A DNA stretch of 64,000 bases from Candidatus Micrarchaeota archaeon. Lineage in GTDB: Archaea; Micrarchaeota; Micrarchaeia; Anstonellales; Bilamarchaeaceae. Numbering within the stretch: the first letter of the stretch is position 1; every line of letters starts with the position of its first letter. The notes under the pieces are model-generated. The model was not told the origin of the DNA and made no database searches. It saw nothing but the letters and a program-made list of their open reading frames with translations. Location: assembly GCA_018812625.1 (NCBI GenBank), contig JAHJDH010000001.1:19967-83966 (forward strand). Reading direction: 5' to 3'. A program made the position numbers and the translations under genes. Shown here one piece after another: positions 36,453-46,285 of this stretch.

Positions 36453-39400
36453 TTGTATATGACTAACAGACCTGTGAATACCATGAAGGTTTTTCAGGCT
36501 TTAGTTTTACTGATATTATTGAGTGGATTTTCTTTTGCTGCGCCCGTTCCTCCCGGGGATATTTCATTTTGTCTTCAGATTGTGAATCCTGGTACGTATA
36601 CATTAACTACAGATCTTGTTGATGGTCTTATTGCTCTTGACAGCGGGGAGAATGGATGTTATTGGATAAACACATCTAATGTTGTGCTTGATTGCCAGGG
36701 GCATTCAATAACTTCTACAAATGGAACCTCAGTTGGTATCTATACCAATCAGGCTTTGGACAATGTTACTGTCAAGAACTGCGAAATAAACGGCTTTGCA
36801 TATGCTATTAACATGCAGGGTACACAATCAGGCAATCTCACTGGCTTGAACATCCTCAACAACACTCTCAATAGTACAGATGTTGATATGACAGTATATC
36901 GCGTAGATGGAGCTATTGTGGACGGAAACACAGCAGATCCAACACTTGACTTTCTCATGGTATCAAACTCATTAATCAGCAACAACTTCGTGAGCAGCAC
37001 TGGATCCTCAGGTCTCAATCTTCGTGGAGAATCTGCGTCTATGCTCAGCAGTAACAATACTCTATTGAACAACACTGTTCTCGGAGTTGGAAAACACGGT
37101 TTCCATATTGATTATGCAACTGATAATCTTTTCATAAACAATACAGCAGCAGAAAATGGGGGTGCGGGGTTCTTTGTTAGTGATACTTCTCCTGACAATA
37201 CTTTCATAGGAAACAATGCAAGCAATAACTGCATTGCTAATATTTACACTGCCGGCTTTGATATCAATTCTATTCGTAACCTGCTCATCAACAACACTGC
37301 ATACAACAACAGCAACGGAATATACCTTTCTGATGATAATAATAATCTGAGCAGCAATCATATTTACTACAACTACCTTGGTCTTAATCTTGATCAGATG
37401 TCTGATTCTAATCTAGTTGTAGACAACCTGATTGAGGAAAATGAGTATGCTGATCTTCTCGTAGCAGGGGATCCAAGAACACTTGAATTTGATATTTCCG
37501 GATGCAGCAATACAATTGAGAACAATACTGGCTCTGGTGGAAGACCAATTCTTTATTCTGAGGATCCTGTCAACTTGGTCGGTGGCATCTATTCAGAAAT
37601 CATACTTTGTGATGCTGATAACTCTGTTCTGGATGGAGTAACTGTTGATGGTTCTGATGCCTTTGACAACAATGCTCTTGCACTCTTCTTTACTGACAAT
37701 GCAGTAATCAACAATTCACAGTCAAACAACAATGCAATGGGGGTTTGGCTCTATGGTTCTGAGATGGTTCTTATCAATAACACTGATACAAATGAGAATG
37801 CCATAGCAGGTCTTTTCTTCACTCTATCCAGAACTATTTTCGTTAATCAACACCTTGCTCGTGGCAATAGTGGTTCAGTTCCAGATCTCTTTGGGGGAGA
37901 AGCTGGTTTCCTTGGTATGCTTCCTCTTGGAGCAGGTGTTATTGAGATAAGTGCTCTTCCATTTGGACGAGGGATGGACATGGGAGGCTCTACCTTTTTT
38001 GAGTTTACATATTACAACGACTCACAATTCTATGACAACGATCTTGGCTTTATGTTAATGTTCACTCCAAACGTGACAATCAACAATTCCAAAATATATG
38101 ACAATAATCTCTTTGGAATAATGGATATGTCTGGCGGAGTGCCTGGAATGAATGTAGTTAATACTGATCTATACCGCAACGGAAAAGATGTAATGCAATT
38201 CATGTCCTCATCATTTGGTGGTGAGGAAATAGAAGAGCAGCAAATGCCTGAATTTCCAGAAGGACTTATCTGGGCAGAAGTATTTGAGGCAAATTATCTT
38301 CTCGCAAGTATGTTTGGTGGAGAAGTGCCAGAATTAACCTGGCAGCTTGAAAAAGCACGCCATGGAAAAGGAGCTCCTTCAATTGAACTATCTCTTATAG
38401 ACAATGCAGAGGCAATCTACATAACCAGCGAGACAATACTTGGATCAACTGATAGTATTGAGTACTTTGATGGTATATACAACAGAACTCTGTTCTTTAA
38501 TTTCACTAAACCAGAGAATAAATCTTCGGTGAATAGCAAGCATTTTATCATTATGGTAATGACAGATCAGAAAGCCCCGATGATAGAAGAGTTTGCTGTC
38601 TCATGGATAGATTCAGAAGTTCTAGGATATGATCCTGCTACAATGGGATTGTATTACCTCAATGTAACTGAAATAATCCGTCCAAAATCTGTTGAACCAA
38701 CCAATATTACAATAGTAGCTGACTGGGTTCCTGTTGAAGATCAGGTGCTTGAGCCTAATTGGATTTATGTCGAGAATGGTCTTCCAACTCCTCAGAACCA
38801 ACTCCTTCAGAATTTGTTCCCAACAATACCAGACTTTGAACTTTACGAAGGAATCTACGGATTATTCGCAGTACCTGTTCCTATTGATGGGTCTAATGAT
38901 GATGGTGGAGCAGAGCAATTCTCTGTATCTGTCAAATCCGAATGTGATGGTACAACTGTTACTGTTACTGATGGTGGGGAGCCAGTGAGTGGCGCTAAGG
39001 TATTGGTATCAAACGCACAATCTCTCACCTCACTTTCAGTTGGAACAACTAATGGGGATGGCAAGTTCACTTTTGATGAATGTGGTATGACTGTCAAAAT
39101 ATATGTGAACAAGAATGGATATTCTCCTGTCTCACTTTCAAAGAGCATTTCCTGCTGTGAAGATGGAGAACCGCAGCCAGAACCTGAGCCGGAACCCGAG
39201 CCGGAACCTGAACCGCAGCCTGAAGCCGAACTGCAGCCAGAGCCAGAAGATGAAGATGATTTGCCCGAATGCCCTGGAGAATGCGGTCCAGATGCAAACT
39301 GTGATGCATGCTCAACAGGCTATACATGTGTTGATTACTCATGCGAGAAAAACGATGTTTCAGGAGAAGATGGATTCGTTGGCGACTCCAAAAAGGTGAA

Positions 39401-39725
39401 GGTCAAAATAGGCAATGAACCATGCCCTCTTTGTGACATACAGGTAACTGCGCCAGATGGCAAAACATTTACTGGAAAAACAGATGAGAATGGGGAATTT
39501 AGTTTTCCTCTTAGTCTTGAAGGCCCATACAAGATTATTCTTGTCGATGAGAATGGAGAAGTTGCTGCAGAGGCAATCATCCAATCTCTTCCAAAACCTG
39601 CATTGCAAGTTGAAACAAAACCAACAGCAGAAGATGATGGAGATCCATCGACATTATTCCTGATCGTACTACTTGGGATATTGCTTGCAGGAATAGTTTA
39701 TTTTTCTCAAAGAAATAAAAAATGA
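36453..39725 (+). CDS. large secreted right-handed beta-helix (PbH1/CASH-type) surface protein with a C-terminal TM anchor
   Basis: The signal peptide MKVFQALVLLILLSGFSFA starts at 36483, the likely true start. The cap motif is 'C..I..PG.Y.L..DL...C..I..SNV.LDC.GHSI'. Many 'N.I..N' beta-helix repeats and dense N-x-S/T sequons are present. A (PE)n linker, a Cys-rich module and a CarboxypepD_reg-like domain follow. The C-terminus reads 'ETKPTAEDD', then TM 'LFLIVLLGILLAGIVYF', then SQRNKK. Confidence 0.75.
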   Translation: MYMTNRPVNTMKVFQALVLLILLSGFSFAAPVPPGDISFCLQIVNPGTYTLTTDLVDGLIALDSGENGCYWINTSNVVLDCQGHSITSTNGTSVGIYTNQALDNVTVKNCEINGFAYAINMQGTQSGNLTGLNILNNTLNSTDVDMTVYRVDGAIVDGNTADPTLDFLMVSNSLISNNFVSSTGSSGLNLRGESASMLSSNNTLLNNTVLGVGKHGFHIDYATDNLFINNTAAENGGAGFFVSDTSPDNTFIGNNASNNCIANIYTAGFDINSIRNLLINNTAYNNSNGIYLSDDNNNLSSNHIYYNYLGLNLDQMSDSNLVVDNLIEENEYADLLVAGDPRTLEFDISGCSNTIENNTGSGGRPILYSEDPVNLVGGIYSEIILCDADNSVLDGVTVDGSDAFDNNALALFFTDNAVINNSQSNNNAMGVWLYGSEMVLINNTDTNENAIAGLFFTLSRTIFVNQHLARGNSGSVPDLFGGEAGFLGMLPLGAGVIEISALPFGRGMDMGGSTFFEFTYYNDSQFYDNDLGFMLMFTPNVTINNSKIYDNNLFGIMDMSGGVPGMNVVNTDLYRNGKDVMQFMSSSFGGEEIEEQQMPEFPEGLIWAEVFEANYLLASMFGGEVPELTWQLEKARHGKGAPSIELSLIDNAEAIYITSETILGSTDSIEYFDGIYNRTLFFNFTKPENKSSVNSKHFIIMVMTDQKAPMIEEFAVSWIDSEVLGYDPATMGLYYLNVTEIIRPKSVEPTNITIVADWVPVEDQVLEPNWIYVENGLPTPQNQLLQNLFPTIPDFELYEGIYGLFAVPVPIDGSNDDGGAEQFSVSVKSECDGTTVTVTDGGEPVSGAKVLVSNAQSLTSLSVGTTNGDGKFTFDECGMTVKIYVNKNGYSPVSLSKSISCCEDGEPQPEPEPEPEPEPEPQPEAELQPEPEDEDDLPECPGECGPDANCDACSTGYTCVDYSCEKNDVSGEDGFVGDSKKVKVKIGNEPCPLCDIQVTAPDGKTFTGKTDENGEFSFPLSLEGPYKIILVDENGEVAAEAIIQSLPKPALQVETKPTAEDDGDPSTLFLIVLLGILLAGIVYFSQRNKK
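39166..39260 (+). repeat. low-complexity (Pro-Glu)n linker-coding tract
   Basis: It encodes 'EPQPEPEPEPEPEPEPQPEAELQPEPEDEDD' through imperfect gaaccN/gagccN hexamer repeats. Confidence 0.8.
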
Positions 39726-39734
39726 GGAAAAAAA

Positions 39735-40814
39735 TTATTCGGCAAATTCTTTTGCCATGCGTTGTGCTTCGTCATCGCTGAATTGCTTTGGCGGGTGCTT
39801 CATCAGCCATGCACTAGGCCCAATCAATGGGCCTGCTATTTTTTTATCCAGGGCAATTTTGCAGTACCGAATTGCATCTATTACGATTCCCGCAGAATTG
39901 GCTTTGTCATCTACTTCAAGTCTGACTTCCATATTATATGGGATATTTGCCCACATCTTGCCCTCGATGCGCATGAACATCAGCTTTGTATTGCCAAGAA
40001 ATGGTATGAAATCTGATGGGCCAACATAAATTTGATCATCTGGCAATCTCTGGTTTAGCTGTGATTGAACTGATTCTGTTTTTGATATCCTTTTTGATGT
40101 TAGCCTGTCTTGTTCTTTCATACAAAGAAAGTCCGTATTTCCGCCAACATTGATTTGGTATGTTTTTTCTATTTTTGTTCCTCTTCTATCTGCTAATTTT
40201 GCCATAGTCCGATGGACAATTGTTGCTCCAACCTGGCCTTTGATATCATCACCAATAATCGGAAGTCCGGCATCCTCGAATTTCTTTGCCCATTCAGGTA
40301 CTGATGCAATAAAAGATGGCATGCAATTGACAAATGCAACATTTGAATCAAGACAAACCTGTGCCCAGAATTTCGTTGCATTGTCAGAGCCAACAGGAAG
40401 ATATGAAACAAGAATTTCAACATTCTTCTCCTTAAGTTCCTTTACAATCGCTTCTTTTAGTTCTTCAATAGGCTTTTCTGGAACTGGTGTGACAACTTTC
40501 TCCACATAGCTGCCGACCCCATCAAGCTGTGGTGACTGCAAAACATTCACATCATTCATAGTTGAGAGTGATTCCACCCATTTAACCTTGTTTGGCTTTG
40601 CATAAACAGCTTCACTGAGAGGTTTGTTTACCTTTTTCGAATCAACATCAAAACCAGCAACAAAATCCAAGTCATGTATGGAATATCCGCCGACTTCAGG
40701 GCTCATAACTCCTATAACCTGTTGCTCAGGATTCTTCTTGTAGTATTCAATTCCCTGAACAAGTCCAGCAAAACAATTTCCTACTCCGACGACAGCACAT
40801 TTGATTTTTCCCAT
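39735..40814 (-). CDS. myo-inositol-1-phosphate synthase (archaeal short type)
   Basis: N-terminal Rossmann 'KCAVVGVGNCFAGLVQGIEYY', 'SYLPVGS' and 'GDDIKGQVGATIVHR'. Confidence 0.85.
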   Translation of the reverse strand: MGKIKCAVVGVGNCFAGLVQGIEYYKKNPEQQVIGVMSPEVGGYSIHDLDFVAGFDVDSKKVNKPLSEAVYAKPNKVKWVESLSTMNDVNVLQSPQLDGVGSYVEKVVTPVPEKPIEELKEAIVKELKEKNVEILVSYLPVGSDNATKFWAQVCLDSNVAFVNCMPSFIASVPEWAKKFEDAGLPIIGDDIKGQVGATIVHRTMAKLADRRGTKIEKTYQINVGGNTDFLCMKEQDRLTSKRISKTESVQSQLNQRLPDDQIYVGPSDFIPFLGNTKLMFMRIEGKMWANIPYNMEVRLEVDDKANSAGIVIDAIRYCKIALDKKIAGPLIGPSAWLMKHPPKQFSDDEAQRMAKEFAE

Positions 40815-40953
40815 TTATTCACCATAAACTATTTAACAAATATTAAATAGTGTCAAATTATTAAACCTTTTTCAAAAATCTGTTGTAATTACAGACTTCA
40901 ACAACTGATCCCACATCCACAAGTCCTTTTATTATTATCCTAGATATTTTTGC

Positions 40954-43900
40954 ATGAAATCCAGTTATATAATTTTTCTATTGCTGCTTTTAGCAGGTTT
41001 ATCTTTTTCAGCAACTCCGATTTCAGAATGTACAAACATTACTGCTCCTGGAGAATACTACCTGACTACAAATCTTGTAGGTGCGAATCAGAGCTGCCTG
41101 CCCATTTACCCTGCATACTGGGAATCCTGCATTAGGATTTCCTCTTCAGATGTCACCTTTGAGTGCAATGGTCACAGCATGAGCAGGGGCGGCACAACTA
41201 AAGAAGTCGGGATACTTGCCGAGGGATCTAGCGCAGAGCAACTTCACAACATCACTGTGAAGAACTGCAATTATATGCATGGCTATACATTTTACACTGT
41301 CCTGCTTTGGAATGTCACAAATGCCTCTATTACTAACGTAACTGCGATTAATGCTCATAGCAGCACAGGATTCAACGGGTTCGGTTCGCACTATGGGAAT
41401 AATATAAGTATACACGACAACACCGTCACTTCCACAGGAACAGTTGATTCGCTTGGAGTATTCATGACGAGCAGCACCAATTCCAGCATCGTAAACAACT
41501 ACTTCAATTACTCATCCATTGCGGAGGTGAGGACTTCCAACAACATAAATATCAGCAATAATGTATGGCAAAATCCAACAAGTAATTGGGTGCATGGGAT
41601 TTCCATGGAGGATACTAACTACTCGGTCATTCGGAACCACACCATGACCAACCGCTGCGAACTTTGTATAGAACTTAATAACGGGTGCAACTACAATATT
41701 ATTGATAACAACACGTTTCGCGGAGGTCTGACTAGCTATGCAATTCTGATCACTGATCCTTCCAGAAATTCTTGGTACAACAATGTGACCAATAACGTTG
41801 TTGAGGATGGGCTTCAAATCGGTTTTGGGATTACTGGAGCCTACTCATATGTGGTGAATAACACCGTGAGAAACATGTCTCAAACCAGTGCTGGTTTCTT
41901 CATTTCCGATGCCCGAAGTAATTTCTACAACAATTCTGCAGCCAACTGTTCTATTGGTTTCGACCTTAGCAGCGCCACGCGCAACAATTTCTGGAATAGC
42001 ACTTCAGTTAACAATTCCAATTATGGTTTCGTTGTTATTGGCAGCTCGAGCATCAACCAGTTCTTTGATTCTGTAACATACAACAATGGCAAGTCCGGTG
42101 TGTATATCACTTCTCCCAGCACTTCTACATATTTCACCAACGTGACCTCATACAACAATTCCGAGCATGGATATTATTCCTCAAGTTCGACTAGCAGTAG
42201 GTTCAACAACGCAACTGCCTTTGACAATAACATGTCTGGATTTTACATGTCTGGAGGCTCATCATGGATTGACTATTCAAAATCATACAACAACACTGAG
42301 TATGGAGCATATCTTACAGGCCCTCAGGGCGGCCAATATCGTCACAGCACATACCACGACAATGGTTTGAGTGGCATATATGGCTATAATCTTCGCACAA
42401 GCCAGATAACAAACAACACAGTATATTCAAACAATGGCCATGGTATCTTCACTGAAAGAGGCTATGGAAATACTATCCAGCAAAATCAGATATATGGCAA
42501 TAATGGAACTGGAATTGGTGCAGCAGGAATCGCCCCATCAGAAATTTCTGGCATTTACATGTATGACAATAACATCTACGCAAATAGTCTCAATGGAATT
42601 ATCCTGGAATATGTAAGGTATGCCAACTTGCAGAGAAACAACATCACATCAAACACAAGTCCTCTTTTCATCATGAATAGAAGCTACCAGAATACAATAC
42701 AGAACAATCGTCTTTATTCATCAGGTACAGCATTCTATCTTCTGGATCTTCCATATCGAACTACGAGGAGCGCAATAAGGTACAACAACATAAGTGATGT
42801 TGATTATGCAGTATCTGCATGGAATGCATCAAGCAATCATTTCACAGGAAACATCAAGACCAATGTTGCACTTGCAGACTATCTTCTCAACAGCTCAAAT
42901 GACAACATAATTCAGGAAGAACTTTTCAACGAATCAAACAGGTCAATAGTAGCCTCATCAACTCTCGGATCAATGCTTCTCAATTTGACTATGGTCAACT
43001 TCAGCCAGGGCGGAACCAATCTTAGTATCTTTTCCATGAATGACAGCATGGCTTCAGGTGAAACATATTACATCAACTGGTCTGATCAGCCATCTGGTGC
43101 GCCATATGCATCTCTTCATGGTAAATTTGTCAGGATTGAAGCTTCATCAGGAACTCCATCCATAGACACTGCAATTTGGTACTGGCTTGAATCAGAACTC
43201 AGTGGATATGATGAATCCCTCTTCGATATTTTCAAGTACAATTCAACATGGACTGATATGAATGCGAGTTTGGATACTGGTGCAAACACCCTTACTCTAT
43301 CATCTGCATCTCCACTTAGTTCCTTTGGTATTTTGCAAGGTGGCGGTGTTGTGAATAATCCTCCAGATGTACAGCTTAATCTTCCTGCAAACGGAACTAC
43401 CTTGACATCAAGCACTGTGATTTTCAATTTCACAGGAACTGATTATGAGCAGACAGCACTTTCATGTTCAATCTATCTGGACAGTCTCCTCAACCAGACA
43501 AACGCCACAGTACAGAACGGAACCCTTACTCCATTTACACTATCAAATATTGCCAATGGTCCACATACATGGTATGTCAACTGCAGCGACGGCAATCTTA
43601 CTGATGCAAGCGACATCTGGACATTCACGATGAATGCCCCGGTCAACTGTCCAATAATAACAACTCCTGGAAATTATCTCCAGCCATTTGATTACACTGG
43701 CGCTCCAAATGATGCATCAGAAGTTCTGCCTTCAGCATTTGCATGTGTAAAAATTGCATCCTCAGATGTTGTCTTTGACTGCAATGGGTACAGTATAACG
43801 AATGACGGGACACCAGACCCGACCATGGGAGTTGTGCTCAATGGTTCGATAAACAATGTTACTTTGCAGAACTGCCCATCAATCTCTGGTTATTCATTTG

Positions 43901-46188
43901 GTGTCTATAATATGGACTCGGATGATTCAACCATTTCTTCTGTGACATCATTCAATTCATCAAACAGTGACTTTGTGCTCAACCAGAGCAGCAATGTAAA
44001 TATAATGTCAAGTCATGCAGCAGGAGGCGGTGTTGCGCCTTCGCTTCCAACGACCTATGTTGTTGCTTCTGCACCTTACGGCTATTCAACAATCAGCGGA
44101 ACGGGTGTTGGTCTTGGCGATGATCAAGTAAGTTCAGCGCTTCCAATAGGTTTCAATTTCAACTTCTTTGGAACCAACTACAGTCAGTTCTACATCAGCA
44201 GCAATGGTTTCATTACTTTCACATCCGGCTCATCAAGCGGATGCTGTTCTGGTCAATCTCTTCCCTCAACAAGTACTCCAAATAATCTGGTTGCAGGTTA
44301 TTGGGAAGACCTGAATCCAAACTATGGTGGCACGATAAGCTATGATACAATAGGAACTGCTCCAAACAGAATTCTTGTAGTTGAGGTAGCCGGAATCGAA
44401 CATTATGGAACTGGTAATCCAGTGTACTATCAAATCAAGCTTTTTGAAACATCAGGAAACATAGAGGTCCATTGCCAGAACTGTCCTTCTGATGGCGGGT
44501 CTCACACTCAGGGTATAGAAAACCAGGATGGAACAGTTGGCTATACACTAACTGGCCGCAATTCGGCAAGTTTCTCACTCTCAAGCGATGCAGTGCGATT
44601 TACTCAGATTCCTGCGGGTACAAATCCAACATATGGAATTGTAGTAGATCAGAGCCAGAATGCTGTTCTTGATGATAACGCAGTAAATGGAAGCGATGTT
44701 GGAATCCTGCTAACTGAAAGCACCGGTTCTGCACTTTCATCAAACACAGTGTTTGATAATGGAGATGGAATTCACATCTTTGATTCAGACACTTCCTCTC
44801 TTACTAGCGATCATCTTTATGGGAATGAAAGGGATTTGTATGCTGAATCTGCGTTCACTTATCCGTTCGATTTTACCATGACTGAGGTCATATTCGATAA
44901 TCCATCAGCAGGCTTTACTGACTTTACAAACCTTTCAGTAATAGAAACTCTTGAGCTTGACTCATCATTCTATATGAAATGGAGTGCGCTTCCATCAGCT
45001 CTTCCAGTAGATCATACATCATTTGAAAACAAGCACTTGAACATTACTCGGTATTTCGGCTCACCAGTAATAGATGAATTAGTATGGCATTGGCTTGATT
45101 CAGAATCAACTACATACAATGAGAATAATTTCGTCCTCTACAAATATGACGGCGTTTGGGAACTTGTAAACGAAACTCCAGATACTACAGCAAATACATT
45201 GTCCAATTTCACTTTATCTGACTTTAGTGTCTTCAGCATACTTCAGGATGATTCAGTTCAGCCATCAACTCCAGACGAATCATCAGAAAGTTCAGATGAT
45301 CCTCTTTCAGTTTCTTTAACCAGTAACTGCGATGGCAATACCATAACAGTTACAAGCAAAGGCGATGATATCTCAGGTGCCCAAGTCAAAATTGACGGAG
45401 ATGTTATTGGAACAACTGATTCAAACGGCGAAGTTGAATTTGACTCCGATTGTGATTCTTCAATAATAATCCGGGCAAGCAAGAGTGGTTATGTTTCCAA
45501 AACCCTAACAGCAAGTACAGTTGCCTGCAGTGAGTGCAAAGAAGAACCTGCTCCAGAGCCAGAACTTGAGCCTGAACCAGAGCCGCAATGTGTTGCACCT
45601 TCATGCTGTGTTATCGACAGTCAGTGTGCTGATACTGAATACTGTTCAAATAGAGATACTGGTGCTCAAAGCGGAAGCTGCATACTTGTAACTGGCTGCG
45701 GTGCTATCTCAAATCATATTGTTTTCGAGCCTTATGAATGCAGCAATCAATCTGGTTGCGCTTGTCCCGAAGGTTTCATTTGCAGAGATCATATTTGCGT
45801 TTCACGTAACATTAATGGTACAAAGGAAGCCTTTGTTGGCTTCCACGGAAATTTCCACGCTACTGAAGGAAACATTTCATGCGCTTTCTGCGATATCATT
45901 ATTACTGATCCGACAGGAAAGATAATCACTGGAAAAACAGATGCAGATGGAGACTTTACACTTCCACTTACAATAAAGGGAACCTACAATCTTGCGCTTA
46001 TGGACGAGAATGGGGAAGTTGCTGCAGAAGCATCTATAATATCTCTTCTAAAGCCCGAAGTACCAGATGAAACAAAACCAACAGCAGAAGATACTGATGA
46101 TTTCTCCTGGTTATTCCTTTTGATTCTGCTTGTTGCTGTGGTGCTCTTCATAGTTTACAAAAGAAGGAAGAATGCGAAAAAGAGTTAG
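40954..46188 (+). CDS. giant (1744 aa) secreted surface protein with two beta-helix modules, Ig-like domains, a NIDO-like domain and a C-terminal TM anchor
   Basis: Signal peptide MKSSYIIFLLLLLAGLSFSA. The cap motif occurs twice: 'ECTNITAPGEYYLTTNL...CIRISSSDVTFECNGHSM' and 'NCPIITTPGNYLQPF...CVKIASSDVVFDCNGYSI'. There are dozens of N-x-S/T sequons. The C-terminal cassette is paralogous to the 36453-39725 protein: (PE)n, Cys-rich, CarboxypepD_reg-like, 'ETKPTAEDTDD', TM, 'YKRRKNAKKS'. Confidence 0.8.
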   Translation: MKSSYIIFLLLLLAGLSFSATPISECTNITAPGEYYLTTNLVGANQSCLPIYPAYWESCIRISSSDVTFECNGHSMSRGGTTKEVGILAEGSSAEQLHNITVKNCNYMHGYTFYTVLLWNVTNASITNVTAINAHSSTGFNGFGSHYGNNISIHDNTVTSTGTVDSLGVFMTSSTNSSIVNNYFNYSSIAEVRTSNNINISNNVWQNPTSNWVHGISMEDTNYSVIRNHTMTNRCELCIELNNGCNYNIIDNNTFRGGLTSYAILITDPSRNSWYNNVTNNVVEDGLQIGFGITGAYSYVVNNTVRNMSQTSAGFFISDARSNFYNNSAANCSIGFDLSSATRNNFWNSTSVNNSNYGFVVIGSSSINQFFDSVTYNNGKSGVYITSPSTSTYFTNVTSYNNSEHGYYSSSSTSSRFNNATAFDNNMSGFYMSGGSSWIDYSKSYNNTEYGAYLTGPQGGQYRHSTYHDNGLSGIYGYNLRTSQITNNTVYSNNGHGIFTERGYGNTIQQNQIYGNNGTGIGAAGIAPSEISGIYMYDNNIYANSLNGIILEYVRYANLQRNNITSNTSPLFIMNRSYQNTIQNNRLYSSGTAFYLLDLPYRTTRSAIRYNNISDVDYAVSAWNASSNHFTGNIKTNVALADYLLNSSNDNIIQEELFNESNRSIVASSTLGSMLLNLTMVNFSQGGTNLSIFSMNDSMASGETYYINWSDQPSGAPYASLHGKFVRIEASSGTPSIDTAIWYWLESELSGYDESLFDIFKYNSTWTDMNASLDTGANTLTLSSASPLSSFGILQGGGVVNNPPDVQLNLPANGTTLTSSTVIFNFTGTDYEQTALSCSIYLDSLLNQTNATVQNGTLTPFTLSNIANGPHTWYVNCSDGNLTDASDIWTFTMNAPVNCPIITTPGNYLQPFDYTGAPNDASEVLPSAFACVKIASSDVVFDCNGYSITNDGTPDPTMGVVLNGSINNVTLQNCPSISGYSFGVYNMDSDDSTISSVTSFNSSNSDFVLNQSSNVNIMSSHAAGGGVAPSLPTTYVVASAPYGYSTISGTGVGLGDDQVSSALPIGFNFNFFGTNYSQFYISSNGFITFTSGSSSGCCSGQSLPSTSTPNNLVAGYWEDLNPNYGGTISYDTIGTAPNRILVVEVAGIEHYGTGNPVYYQIKLFETSGNIEVHCQNCPSDGGSHTQGIENQDGTVGYTLTGRNSASFSLSSDAVRFTQIPAGTNPTYGIVVDQSQNAVLDDNAVNGSDVGILLTESTGSALSSNTVFDNGDGIHIFDSDTSSLTSDHLYGNERDLYAESAFTYPFDFTMTEVIFDNPSAGFTDFTNLSVIETLELDSSFYMKWSALPSALPVDHTSFENKHLNITRYFGSPVIDELVWHWLDSESTTYNENNFVLYKYDGVWELVNETPDTTANTLSNFTLSDFSVFSILQDDSVQPSTPDESSESSDDPLSVSLTSNCDGNTITVTSKGDDISGAQVKIDGDVIGTTDSNGEVEFDSDCDSSIIIRASKSGYVSKTLTASTVACSECKEEPAPEPELEPEPEPQCVAPSCCVIDSQCADTEYCSNRDTGAQSGSCILVTGCGAISNHIVFEPYECSNQSGCACPEGFICRDHICVSRNINGTKEAFVGFHGNFHATEGNISCAFCDIIITDPTGKIITGKTDADGDFTLPLTIKGTYNLALMDENGEVAAEASIISLLKPEVPDETKPTAEDTDDFSWLFLLILLVAVVLFIVYKRRKNAKKS

Positions 46189-46285
46189 GCTTTATAAATT
46201 GCCCTAGTCAAAGTTGGTATGTCTGTAATTCGGACTAGACTCTCCTGTTGCAATATGCTTCAGGCGAATGACGGAGGCAAATTTT

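Noticed and set aside
39166-39260. Periodic gaaccN/gagccN DNA repeat as a possible CRISPR-like or satellite element
   Set aside because: It is in frame within the surface-protein ORF and simply encodes a (Pro-Glu)n linker. A similar tract occurs in the paralogue at about 45541-45590.
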